Shown: piece after piece, positions 1-9,883 of the stretch
Numbering within the stretch: position 1 is the first letter of the stretch
Layout of the letters: the number at the start of each line of letters is the position of its first letter
NCBI GenBank assembly: GCA_963712005.1
Contig: CAVQGK010000018.1
Span: 105,503 to 169,502 of the forward strand
Source of the DNA: an uncultured Chloroflexia bacterium
GTDB taxonomy: Bacteria; Chloroflexota; Ktedonobacteria; Ktedonobacterales; JADMIN01
DNA length: 64,000 nucleotides
Direction: 5' to 3'
The notes under the pieces: generated by a model
What the model saw: only the letters and a program-made list of their open reading frames with translations
Databases searched by the model: none
Told to the model about the DNA's origin: nothing
Program-made: the position numbers and the translations under genes

Positions 1-1
1 C

Positions 2-843
2 ATGCTCGAAGATGTCTATGGCGATGCCAACCGCTTTGACGTCATCCATTCGCACCTGGGCTATCTCACGCTGCCTTTCGCGCGCCGCAGCGGCACTCCG
101 ACTGTGCTGACACTGCACGGCGACCTTGCCACGCTCAATGCCCAGCGCGCATATCCGCGCTATCCCAACGCCAACTACGTCTCGATCAGCGACGCACAGC
201 GCGCCAGCCTGCCCGATCTGCACTATGTCGCCACGATTCATCATGGCGTCGATGTCGAAAGCTTCCCGTTCGTCGCCGAGCCGGGCGAGTATCTCGCGTT
301 CGTCGGTCGCATGTCACCGGATAAGCGCCCCGACGTCGCGATTGAGATCGCACTACGCGCTGGAATCCCATTGAAGATTGCCGCCAAGCTCGATCATCAT
401 GAGATGCCGTACTTTGATGAAGTGATCCGCCCGCTGCTCAACCATCCATCCATCGAGTGGCTGGGCGAGATCGATGAGGCGACGAAGCGCGAACTGATGG
501 CGCATGCCCTGGCGCTGCTCTGCCGATTGACTGGCCCGAGCCGTTTGGCATGGTCTTTATCGAGGCGCTTGCCTGTGGCACGCCCGTGCTCACCTGCCCA
601 ACCGGCGCTGCGCCGGAGCTGCTGGAGGACGGCGTGACCGGCTATAGCAGCACGGAGAAAGAAACACTCGTGGTCGCCGCGCAAAATATCGCCCGTATCT
701 CACGCCGAGGGTGCCGCGCCTACGCGCAGCGGCGGTTCGATACGCATGTGATGGCGTCAAATTATCTCAACATGTACCAGCAGGTGCTGAAGGCGAGCAC
801 CTGCTGCTTCCATGGGCCGAAGAGTTGCCCGTGGCCGACTTAG
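2..843 (+). pseudogene. GT4-type (GT-B) glycosyltransferase, 5' end outside window, one frameshift near 523-525
   Basis: ORFs 2..637 and 550..843 read as one protein only after a 1-nt frame change (ctc tgc cga ttg -> ...PIDWPEPFGMVFIEALACGTPVLT). The EPFG..IEA.ACGTPV block is the C-terminal signature of GT4 enzymes. Confidence 0.75.
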
Positions 844-884
844 ATGACGCCAGCGACGCCAGCGACGCACACAACACGCATCAC

Positions 885-3005
885 CTACTGACCAGCGACA
901 GCGAAGGGCGCCTCTTCGGGCACTGGCGCGGACGTGTTCAGCTTCGTCAGGTCTATGCGCCCACGGCCAAACGCATCGACATGTCCCCATCGGCCGGGGA
1001 TGTCGAGCAATTGGATTTCCGCCAAGCTGGGTGGGTACGGCAGGATCAACCAGCAGCTGGTCGCCGACTGGTTCGAGGCCGAGCAGCGCGCGGAGAATGA
1101 GAAGCGGCGCTCCGGTCGACCATGCCTGCGGGCTGCATGCCGTCGGGTATTCGACGGGGAACTGGGTGCGTTCGCGACGGTAGCCGCCGAACGCCTCCGG
1201 CAGCCGCCCACGGAAGAACTCGCGCCGCCTCCAGGATGCCGTAGCCGACACGCGCCGCCTCGTCACGGTAGCCGTAGCGCCGCAGGCCCAGCGCAATAAA
1301 CGAGTTGTCGAATGGCCAGACGGTGCCGACGTGATACCCAATCGGGTTGTAGCCAGCCTTCGCCCTCGGCCATCGTCCGTATACCCCAGCCGGAATAGAG
1401 CTTGTCGCTCATGAGATGCCGAACACAGGCCTCTGCTTTTTCATCATCGGCAATCCCGCTCCAGAGCAGATGCCCAATGTTCGAGGTCAGCGAGTTAACC
1501 TTGCGGCCATCGCCGTCGATCGCGAGGGCGAAGAACTTGCGGTCGGCGATCCAGTAATCGCGATTGAACCGCAGCTTTAGCTCCACGGCTTCGCTGTCCA
1601 GGCGATCCGCCAGCGCGTGATCGCCCCAAATCTCGCGCGCGAGCCGGGCGCAGCGCACCTTCGCGTCGTAGGCGTAGCCCTGGATCTCACAGGTCGCGCG
1701 TGGCAGCTTGGAGAGCGTGCCATCGGCGAAGACGATGGAGTTCCAGGAGTCCTTCCAGCACTGGTTGTCCAGGCCCGTCTCCTCATTGCGGCGCGCATAC
1801 TCGATGTAGCCGTCCCCATTGCGGTCACCGTAGTTGTCGATCCATTCGAGTGCGGCGCGCGCGTTCGGCTCGAGCCGCCGCACCAGGTCGGCGTTGCCGG
1901 TCCACCGCTCGTATTCGTCGAGGAGGACGAGGAAGAGCGGAGTCACGTCGGCAGAGCCATAGTAGGGCGAGTGCGGGCGTTCGAGAAACGCGGTCATCTC
2001 GCCGAAGCGCTGCTCGTGCATGATCTTGCCCGGCTCCTCGTCGCGGAAGTCATCTACCCGCCGACCCTGCCGCCCCGCGCAGGGTGCGTAGCGTTGACTC
2101 TGCCAGATCGGGCGCGAATGGCAGCGCCTGGAGACTCGTCAACACGCTATCGCGTCCGAAGACCGTCATGAACCAGGGTAGCCCCGCCGCTGGAAGCGCC
2201 GCGCCAGGGACTCCCATGGGGTAGAAGCGCAATGCCGCGAGGTCCACGAGGCTACGCTTATAGGTGTCGGTGAGCGTCTCCCACTCGCAGACCAGCCGTG
2301 GCGCATCGGCAATCCAGGCGTCTAGATCCTTCTGCATGTCGGGATGGGCATGATCGTCCGCCGAACGGTACTTGGCGGTTGGGTATCCGATTCCCTTGAA
2401 GATCTTGCCAAGGGAAACATCCAGTCCGGTGCTCCATTGCTCGTGCGACTCGATATGGACGTGATAGGTCAGGGTAGGTACGTCCGTGTCGGTTTTGCCA
2501 ATCTCGGCTGGAACGCTCGAGGTAATCCAGGTCTCGCGCTCGAAGGTCTCGCGACGATAGCCCAGCACGAGGCGACCGTCGCGACGCTGGTGTAGAATTC
2601 GCCTTTCTTCGCGAGCTTATCCTTGACCTCAAAGAGATCCGCGAAATCCGATCCGGCCTCGATCCTCACCTCCAGGTCCACAGGTTTGGCGCTGTGATTC
2701 AGGATGGTTAGATCCTCGTGGAACCCCTTCCCAACCGCCCGCTTGCGGATGATCGAGAGATCGGCATCCACATAGATGGTGCCCGTTCCAGGAACGAGAA
2801 AGAACTGGGCCGAGAAATACTGGAGATCGTCGGTCGAGAGTGAATTCGGCGTCTTGCCATTGATCGTGAGACGCCAGCGCGAGAGGTAGCGCGTATCAAA
2901 GGCGAACAATCCAGTCGTGTCGGTGGGGGTCGCGTCGATATCGCCGCGCAGATCGCTGACGACGAACGTGTTCCCTTCGAGGATGCTGACGGTGTTACCG
3001 GCCAT
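885..3005 (-). pseudogene. Amylo-alpha-1,6-glucosidase / glycogen debranching enzyme (GDE_C type) with five frameshifts
   Basis: Six ORF pieces on three frames concatenate into one protein (MAGNTVSILEGNTFVVSD; FMTVFGRDS; DDFRDEEPGKIMHEQRFGE; QCWKDSWNS; AGYNPIGYHVGTVWPFDNS; PTACSPQAWSTGAPLL; LLDIPGRWGHVDA). Frame changes lie near 2585, 2074, 1356, 1222 and 1020. RBS aaggagaagg precedes the ATG at 3005. Confidence 0.8.
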
Positions 3006-3067
3006 AGCCTTCTCCTTGGATGCATGCGCATCAATCGGCGACAATCCGCGACGCGGACCATCAGGGA

Positions 3068-3511
3068 CTAACGCGGCTGAGCGCCGGGCATGCCGACGGG
3101 ATCGAAGGTCACACTTCCTAATAGGGAAGTGGCGAAGCCACTATTTCCAGTGACCGTGACCAGGCCCTGGAGAAACGCCGCGAGGATGTTGAGGTTGCCC
3201 TCGCGATGAACGACGCGCAGAAAGTCATTCGCGGAGCATTCCACCGTGCAGTCGGCAGGCTCGTTCGCAGGCACGTCGTGTGTGATGGTGGGCAGACCAT
3301 TGGTGATGGTTGCGCGCCAGCTCCCCGCGTCAGTGATGTTGAATACACATGTGCCAGTGACTGATCGCAGCCGTGGCTGAACGCCAAGCGCCGCCACCTT
3401 GTCGAAGAACTCCGCTATCTCAGCGGTCGCTGGTTGTCCGCCTGTTTGTCCGCGCGCTGGTTGCGTCGGTTGCGCTGGTTGTGTCGGTTGTCTCGCGTCA
3501 TCATTGCTCAC
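3068..3511 (-). CDS. SCP2 sterol-binding-domain protein
   Basis: 147-aa ORF. The C-terminal ~100 aa resemble SCP2-fold proteins (NDFLRVVHREGNLNILAAFLQGLVTVTGN). The N-terminus has PTQPA repeats. Confidence 0.65.
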   Translation of the reverse strand: MSNDDARQPTQPAQPTQPARGQTGGQPATAEIAEFFDKVAALGVQPRLRSVTGTCVFNITDAGSWRATITNGLPTITHDVPANEPADCTVECSANDFLRVVHREGNLNILAAFLQGLVTVTGNSGFATSLLGSVTFDPVGMPGAQPR

Positions 3512-3514
3512 ACT

Positions 3515-3775
3515 CTATCCCTCACTTTCTCGAAGATTCGCGACAATCCCTGAATAACCCGCTTCCCCGATGGTGTGGCGAGGGAACGGAAGCGGACGCG
3601 CATACACTACCGTGTCGCCGTCAGTGTAGGACACAGGCGTGGTCGATTCGCCCGGCGCAGGGGGCATCTTTGGGGCCAGTCTTGGCATCCACCCACCGGG
3701 TAGCGCTTCTCTGGCCGTGGGGCGAGCGTTGCGATGTGAAAGCGCCATGAGAAGGCTCATATGCTCATATGTCAC
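3515..3775 (-). CDS. Hypothetical small protein (weak call)
   Basis: 86-aa ORF whose stop abuts the GTG start of the SCP2 gene (gag gga tag a gtg). No recognisable motif; the start is uncertain. Confidence 0.25.
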   Translation of the reverse strand: MTYEHMSLLMALSHRNARPTAREALPGGWMPRLAPKMPPAPGESTTPVSYTDGDTVVYARPLPFPRHTIGEAGYSGIVANLRESEG

Positions 3776-4115
3776 GCTGCTGTCACGCTGCCGCCGCCGC
3801 TGTCACACGGTTGGACCAGCGAAACACGGAATATCCACACTGACCTTGAGGCTAGGCATCAACCGCCACCTGGACGAGCGCTGAACTAGCCCGTGAAATG
3901 CTCCTTGCGCATGGGGTATCGGCTCATGCCGCCGCTTTATAGTAGAAGCACGGCATTTACCTGCCCTGGAAGCACCTTCCGCACGTGGCATGCCTCGTAT
4001 GCATGCGAGCGGAACATCCCTGGGCACAGCGTTGCCCTGCCACAGCGATACCAGAGCGATAGCAGACGCCGATGAGTGTATCCGCGGTTCGCGCCCTCCC
4101 ATGAAGGAGACGATC

Positions 4116-4625
4116 ATGTCTGAAGCACGCATGGAGCCAGATGCCAAACGGTCGAACACACCCACTACGACGACATCACGACCGGCCACCACTGATGATA
4201 TGCAATTGCAAGTCACCGGCAAACAGTCTGGTGATGCAGTTCAGTTGCAAACCGAGAATGGGAAAACGGTTATCTCCGATACCGTTGTCTCGAAGATCGT
4301 CGGAGCAGCCGCGCGTGAGATTGACGGGGTGTATGATCTTGTCGCGATGGGCGCTGGCGCGACGATTGCCGGGCTTGCGGGCCGTATCACGCGCACCGAT
4401 CAGCGGTCCACCGGAGTCAGCGTCGAGGTTGGGCAGCGTGAGGCCGCTGTAGACCTGAATATGGTCGTCGAATATGGGGTCAATATTCCACAGGTCGCCG
4501 ATGCGGTGCGCCAGAACGTCACCGATCGCGTGCGCGGGATGACCGGCCTCATCGTCAAAGAGATCAATGTCAACGTGGCTGACCTCCACTTCGCTACGGA
4601 GACAGAGCAGCCGCGCGTGCAGTAG
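4116..4625 (+). CDS. Asp23/Gls24 family envelope stress protein
   Basis: VISDTVVSKIVGAAAREIDGVYDL...VSVEVGQREAAVDLNMVVEYGVNIPQVADAVRQNVTDRV is the Asp23 fold signature. RBS aaggaga lies 5 nt before the ATG at 4116. Confidence 0.85.
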   Translation: MSEARMEPDAKRSNTPTTTTSRPATTDDMQLQVTGKQSGDAVQLQTENGKTVISDTVVSKIVGAAAREIDGVYDLVAMGAGATIAGLAGRITRTDQRSTGVSVEVGQREAAVDLNMVVEYGVNIPQVADAVRQNVTDRVRGMTGLIVKEINVNVADLHFATETEQPRVQ

Positions 4626-4703
4626 ATGTCTGGTCGTCGTAGGGACATTCGGCGTTACCGAAACCGCGATGGCGCCGATAATGACGCTGAAACGGAGGAG
4701 CGC

Positions 4704-5174
4704 ATGCCACACGCCACCGCCGCGCGGCCAACGGCGCGCTCCAGGTCAGCCGCAGCCGCGCCAAGCGAGACCGCGCCGCGAGAAAGCCCGACGGACCAGG
4801 TGAGTGACTTCATCATAGCCACCGCCGCCGCACAGGCTCTCCGCGCGGCGCCTGGCGTCGTAGATATCAGCCCAGGGGTCTTCGCGCTCGTGGCAACCTA
4901 TGGCTCAGGCAAACGGATAGCTGGTATCGTCGTTCACCACCTCACCCCGGACCAGATCGCGCTCGAGGCGCATGTGATTCTGAGCGAAGCCTACTGCCAG
5001 GAGATGTCGGCAGCCGCTGCCACAGCGTCGGCCAGGCGCGAGCGCGGGACGGCGGGGAAGAGCATCCTGGGTGAGATCGCCGACCGTCTTCGTGAGGCGG
5101 TGGTTGGTGGCCTGCGGGGTACGACCTCGCTGCCACTCGCGCGGGTTGACGTGTACATCGACGATCTGCGCTGA
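4704..5174 (+). CDS. Divergent Asp23-like protein
   Basis: DFIIATAAAQALRAAPGVVDIS...RVDVYIDDL is an Asp23-like pattern. RBS ggaggag precedes the ATG at 4704. An alternative ATG at 4626 abuts the upstream stop. Confidence 0.6.
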   Translation: MPHATAARPTARSRSAAAAPSETAPRESPTDQVSDFIIATAAAQALRAAPGVVDISPGVFALVATYGSGKRIAGIVVHHLTPDQIALEAHVILSEAYCQEMSAAAATASARRERGTAGKSILGEIADRLREAVVGGLRGTTSLPLARVDVYIDDLR

Positions 5175-5219
5175 ACATGCGCGAATGCCTGGGATGGCGC
5201 GCTGGAGGTTAGAGATATC

Positions 5220-5831
5220 ATGAACATCTTCAACCGCATCGTCATGCTCGTGCTGGCCCTCATCGTGTTCGCATTCGGCGCCACGACCTTCCTCCTGCTC
5301 ACCGGCATCGTCGTGCCCGAGAACTCGTACCTGCGCGCCATTCTCGCACTCTACAGCGCGTGGCGGGCGGTCGCGTTGTTGCGTGGGGCGACGACCAACA
5401 TCGCCGTCCTCGTCGCCCTCCTGCTGGCGATTGTCGGGCTGGTGGTGATCATCCTGGAGCTTCTGCCATTGGGCCGATTGTTCCGGCGGCGCGAACCGAA
5501 GCAGTACGTCGTCCGTCAGGACAGTCTGGGGCAGGTGACACTTGGACGCTCGATGGTGCGCGATCTCGTGCAGCACGTGGCGGAAGATGTGCCAGGGGTG
5601 GTACACGCCGACGAGCCAGAGGTGAAGGACGGCGCGGATGGTCTCCGCATCTCGACGCGCGCCTCACTGGCCTGGGATGCCGATGCGCCAGCCGTCGGAC
5701 AACAGCTTCAGGAGCGGGTCAAAGACTCCGTGCAGACGCAGCTCGGGCTGCCGGTCGCCGAGGTGCATGTCACCGCTCAAACCACTCCGGTGGTCAAAGA
5801 CCAGCGCCGCCGGACGCCGCGCGTAGCGTAG
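5220..5831 (+). CDS. amaP: Alkaline shock response membrane anchor protein AmaP
   Basis: Two N-terminal TM helices are followed by YVVRQDSLGQVTLGRSMVRDLVQHVAEDVPGVV. It sits after the Asp23 genes, as in known Asp23/AmaP loci. Confidence 0.7.
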   Translation: MNIFNRIVMLVLALIVFAFGATTFLLLTGIVVPENSYLRAILALYSAWRAVALLRGATTNIAVLVALLLAIVGLVVIILELLPLGRLFRRREPKQYVVRQDSLGQVTLGRSMVRDLVQHVAEDVPGVVHADEPEVKDGADGLRISTRASLAWDADAPAVGQQLQERVKDSVQTQLGLPVAEVHVTAQTTPVVKDQRRRTPRVA

Positions 5832-5896
5832 CGTAGGCTCAGCCGAATACGCGGACGAGAGAGGCCGACAGGTTCAGGAGGAAGGATAGCAACACC

Positions 5897-6103
5897 ATGA
5901 CATCAGCTCAAACACGCGGTCTCATGATCGGCCTGGCGCTCGGAGTCGTCTGGGCGTGGCTGGGATTTGGCGCCGTGGTGCTCACGGGTGTCCTCGGCCT
6001 CGTCGGCTGGCTGATTGGTTTCGCGGTCAACAGCCGCATCGCGGGCAATATCAATCTTGGCGATCTCTGGAGCGATTTGCAGGGACGGCGCTCGCAGCCG
6101 TGA
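5897..6103 (+). CDS. DUF2273 small integral membrane protein
   Basis: 68-aa two-TM ORF (GLMIGLALGVVWAWLGFGAVVLTGVLGLVGWLIGF), the usual third partner of Asp23/AmaP. Confidence 0.7.
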   Translation: MTSAQTRGLMIGLALGVVWAWLGFGAVVLTGVLGLVGWLIGFAVNSRIAGNINLGDLWSDLQGRRSQP

Positions 6104-6134
6104 ACCACTACTCGTGACGTGATGGGGGAGCCAG

Positions 6135-6539
6135 ATGGCGGGTGAGAAGGGCGCGGATGAGCCGACCACCACTGAGCGCCCGCCCAGCGACCTCGTCCGT
6201 GACCATCTTGCGAACAAGCGCACTATGCTCGCCTGGGCGCGCACCGGCATCGCCGTGATAGCGCTGGGATTCGTAGTGGCGCGATTTGGTCTGCTCCTGC
6301 GCGAGTTGAGGCTAGCGCTGCCTCGCCATCTTCCTGAGGGCGTCTCCACGGTCTTCGGCACGGCGCTCGTCGTGATTGGCGGCATTCTGATCCTCCTTGC
6401 CGGAGTGGACTATCTGCGCACCGGGCAGGCTATCGACCAGCATGTCTATCGCTGGTCTCCTGTCCTGGAGTTTACCTTGAGCCTGTTGCTGCTGCTTGCG
6501 GCCATTGTGCTGGCTGTCTATCTGGTTCTGACCAGTTGA
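6135..6539 (+). CDS. DUF202 (YidH-like) membrane protein
   Basis: LANKRTMLAWARTGIAVIALGFVVARF motif plus three TM segments. Confidence 0.7.
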   Translation: MAGEKGADEPTTTERPPSDLVRDHLANKRTMLAWARTGIAVIALGFVVARFGLLLRELRLALPRHLPEGVSTVFGTALVVIGGILILLAGVDYLRTGQAIDQHVYRWSPVLEFTLSLLLLLAAIVLAVYLVLTS

Positions 6540-6772
6540 GGTCGGCGTAGCGGCCATACGGGCTGCCCGTGAGGTGAGCTATGCGCTCTCCCCGCGAGGG
6601 ATGGCGACACTATCCGGTGAAACCGGCCCGTAATACGTGGCAGCGGGAATAGACGCAACCTACACTTCCGTCACAGCGAGCGCGGATCCAGGCGGGCCGT
6701 TTACGCGAGTACGCGAGACAGACCCGTAGATGCGCGCCCTGATGGCTGTCAGGTTGGGAAGGAGTGTTGTCC

Positions 6773-7657
6773 ATGTTTACCCGGTTGCCCCGTTGGGCAC
6801 GTGCAGGCGGTCGGCGGACGGTAAGGCTGTCGCGTCGGCAAGGGAATCTCATTGCACTGGCAGCGCTGATAGCCGCCGTCTGCCTATTGGGCGCGTGCGC
6901 TCTCAGCGCCACGGGCGCCGGAGCGAACGTCGCGGGTAGCGTGCGCTCGCTCTCCTCGGTGGAGCTGGCAGCCGAGACGGCAACCACGGAGCCGACAGCG
7001 CGACCAACTAACACACCGCGAGCAACCGTCACACCACAACCAACCGCCACGCCGCAGCCGACCGCAACCCCACAGTCAACCGCGACGCCCCAGGCTACGG
7101 CAACGCCCAATTCGAGTGGAGTCATCTTCTTCACCGGCAAAAACAATGCTGACGCGGGCTTTGCCATCCTGAGCATCGTCGTGCTACTGCTCTGCTTCGC
7201 GGTGATCGGACTCATTGTCTGGCTGGTCGCGCGGAACAACGCGGCCAAGCATGCCGCCGCCCAGCAGCAAGCGGCAGCGTCCGCGGCGATGGCTGGGCCT
7301 GGTATGACACAGGGAATGACGCCTGGCCAGACCCCGCCACCTGGCCCACCGGGCACACAGAGCGAATGGGAGCAGACCGAGCGTTATCGCACTGAGACGC
7401 CAGGAATGCCACCTACCTATCCGCAGGGGCCGCAAACGCCACCGCCCGGCGGACAGCCACCCTACCAGGGTGGGCAACCCTATCAAGGCGGCCAACCATA
7501 CCATCAAGGCGGGCAGCCGCCTTACCAGGGTGGACAACCATATCAGGGCCAGGGCGGGCAGCCCTATCAAGGCGGACAACCCTATCAAGGCGGGCAACCA
7601 CCCGAACAGCCCAACGAGTATCAGCAGTACGAGCGCGAGCAGCGGGACGACTACTAG
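6773..7657 (+). CDS. Low-complexity membrane or lipoprotein-like protein with TATPQ and GGQPYQ repeats
   Basis: RBS ggaaggag lies 8 nt before the ATG at 6773. It has a lipobox-like LLGAC, (TATPQP)n, a second TM helix and a cytoplasmic tail with about 8 GGQPYQ units. Confidence 0.6.
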   Translation: MFTRLPRWARAGGRRTVRLSRRQGNLIALAALIAAVCLLGACALSATGAGANVAGSVRSLSSVELAAETATTEPTARPTNTPRATVTPQPTATPQPTATPQSTATPQATATPNSSGVIFFTGKNNADAGFAILSIVVLLLCFAVIGLIVWLVARNNAAKHAAAQQQAAASAAMAGPGMTQGMTPGQTPPPGPPGTQSEWEQTERYRTETPGMPPTYPQGPQTPPPGGQPPYQGGQPYQGGQPYHQGGQPPYQGGQPYQGQGGQPYQGGQPYQGGQPPEQPNEYQQYEREQRDDY

Positions 7658-7769
7658 CGTCTGACGCCTGGACGCATCACTTACCCAATGCCGAAGGGGG
7701 CGACGCCGCATGCGGTACTGACCCTCCTTCGGCGCCTGGTCTGTCCTCGCGGCGCGGCAAGCACGAGCA

Positions 7770-9536
7770 TTGGAGTTCGCCAGCATGCATGTCTCCGTAC
7801 GAGGCGCGCTCAGTCGCATCGAACAGGCAACACCGGGGTTTCAGGTTGCCCGTGGCTACCGGCGACGGTGGTTGCGGGCCGATCTGATCGCCGGTGTCAC
7901 CATCGTCGCGATTCTGATCCCGCAGGGGATCGCTTATAGCGATCTGGCTGGCGCCGCCCCGGTGGCAGGTCTCTATACCGCGTTTGCCGCCATGATCGCC
8001 TATGCGTTCTTCGCCAGCTCGCCGCAGCTTATGGTTGGCCCAGAATCGGGAAATGCCATCCTGGTCGCGGCCACCCTGGCGCCCCTGGTTGCCGGAAATT
8101 CATCCCGCTATGTGGCGCTGGCGGCCATGCTCGCGCTGATGGTGGGCACGCTGCTGCTCATCGGGGGAATAGCCCGGCTCGCCTTCATCGCCAACTTCCT
8201 CTCAAAGCCAATCCTCATCGGCTACATCAATGGCGCCTCGCTGATCATCATCGCCAGCCAGCTGGGAAAGCTCTTCGGCGTCAAGCTGACGAGCCAGAAC
8301 TTCTTCCCGGCATTGTGGGAGTTGGTGACGCACCTCAATCAGGCGCAATGGCTGACCTTTGGGATTGGGATCGTCTTGATCGCGCTTATTGTCGCGCTCC
8401 GGCGTTTCGCGCCAAAGGCGCCCTCCGCGTTGGTGGCGGTAATCCTGGCGACGCTCGCCTCGGCCTTCTTTCAGCTCGATACGCGCGGCGTGACCGTGCT
8501 TGGCCAGATTCCCGCCGGGCTGCCAATTCCCAGACTCCCGGCGATTAGCTTCGGTGATATTGGGTTGCTCCTGCCGGGAGCGTTCGGTCTGGCGCTGGTC
8601 ACCTTCGCGGATACGATCTTGACGGGCCGGGCATTCTCCACAAAGAACGGGTACGAGCTGGATGCTGGCCACGAGTTGATCGCGATTGGCGCCGCCAATA
8701 TCAGCTCAGGGTTCTTTCAGGGATTTACCTGCTCGGCCAGTCAGTCGCGGACGGCGGTCAACGATCAGGCAGGGGGCAAGACCCAGTTGACAGGCATCGT
8801 CGCCGCGATTCTGGTGGCGGTCTTCCTGCTGTTTCTCTCGCCACTGCTGCAGAATCTGCCGCAGGTAGCGCTGGCGGCGATTATTCTCGTCGCCGCGGTC
8901 AGCCTGATCGACATGGCGTCTATACGGCGGCTCTACCGCATCCGGCCCATCGAGGCGTATCTGGCGATGGCAACGACGGTCGGCGTGCTGGTCATGGGCA
9001 TCCTTCCCGGCCTCGCGGCGGCGGTCATCCTCGACCTGCTCATCGTCATCTGGATGCTCGCACGCCCGCATGATACGGTGTTGGGCGTTTTCAAGGGCAT
9101 CGATGGCTACCACGGCCTCAACCCGGATACCAATAACCAGACCGAGCCGGGGCTAATCGCGTACCGGTTCGACGCGCCGCTGTTTTTTTGCAACGCCGAC
9201 TACTTTCTGCACCAGGTACGGACGCTGACGCATGACCCCGACCCACCGTTGCATTGGTTCCTGCTCGACGCGGAAGGGATCCATACGCTAGACACCACAG
9301 CGGCGGAGATGCTCAGGACACTCATTCTCGAGCTTCAGCAGCAGGGCATCGTCTTTGTTATGGCCCGCGCGAACACCGCGCTCAGAGACATGCTCACCAG
9401 CAACGAACTGACCAGCCTCATCGGCCCCGAGCATTTCTTCCCCACTGTCACGACGGGTGTCAGGGCATACCGCGAGCACCTGGCCCACCAGGAGCGAGAA
9501 GAAATTGCCCCGTCCATGGAGCACGCGGACGATTGA
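7770..9536 (+). CDS. SulP family anion (sulfate) permease with C-terminal STAS domain
   Basis: 588-aa polytopic ORF (GVTIVAILIPQGIAYSDLAG; SQSRTAVN) with a STAS-like C-terminus (AYRFDAPLFFCNADYF). The start could be the ATG at 7785. Confidence 0.9.
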   Translation: MEFASMHVSVRGALSRIEQATPGFQVARGYRRRWLRADLIAGVTIVAILIPQGIAYSDLAGAAPVAGLYTAFAAMIAYAFFASSPQLMVGPESGNAILVAATLAPLVAGNSSRYVALAAMLALMVGTLLLIGGIARLAFIANFLSKPILIGYINGASLIIIASQLGKLFGVKLTSQNFFPALWELVTHLNQAQWLTFGIGIVLIALIVALRRFAPKAPSALVAVILATLASAFFQLDTRGVTVLGQIPAGLPIPRLPAISFGDIGLLLPGAFGLALVTFADTILTGRAFSTKNGYELDAGHELIAIGAANISSGFFQGFTCSASQSRTAVNDQAGGKTQLTGIVAAILVAVFLLFLSPLLQNLPQVALAAIILVAAVSLIDMASIRRLYRIRPIEAYLAMATTVGVLVMGILPGLAAAVILDLLIVIWMLARPHDTVLGVFKGIDGYHGLNPDTNNQTEPGLIAYRFDAPLFFCNADYFLHQVRTLTHDPDPPLHWFLLDAEGIHTLDTTAAEMLRTLILELQQQGIVFVMARANTALRDMLTSNELTSLIGPEHFFPTVTTGVRAYREHLAHQEREEIAPSMEHADD

Positions 9537-9543
9537 GCAAATG

Positions 9544-9720
9544 GGCTGGCGGCTAAAGCCGCGCCTACGGGCTCCGCCGCAAAGCCCGCCCTTCGGGCCG
9601 CTGCCGCTTCGCGCGCCCTTGCGCGCTTCTCGCCTCGTGCCTCGGCTCGCGCGGCTGCCCTGCGCGGGCTAGCAGAAACGGACTCGCGCGTCTTCTCCCG
9701 GCCTCACAGACGGCGCACTA
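9544..9720. repeat. GC-rich hairpin-forming intergenic repeat, related to 38921-39170
   Basis: ggctggcggctaaagccgcgcctacgggctccgccgcaaagcccgcc aligns block by block with 38923-38986. It contains the hairpins gcggct-aaa-gccgc and gcgcgc-cctt-gcgcgc. Confidence 0.5.
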
Positions 9721-9883
9721 CCCCATTTGCCGTAGACGCAACCTCACCATAGGTTCTCACCCTGTGTGCGTGGCGCTCGCAACATCCTTCGATTACGCTT
9801 CCGTTGGCTACGCCTGTGTCCCTGTGACATCACATGAGCATCACCAGTAGAGGACACCAGCGAACAAGAGGAGGGAAGACACC

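Noticed and set aside
7420-7610. Non-coding satellite DNA
   Set aside because: The 18-bp-type repeats are in frame within a long ORF and encode GGQPYQ units, so they are coding low complexity rather than an intergenic satellite.
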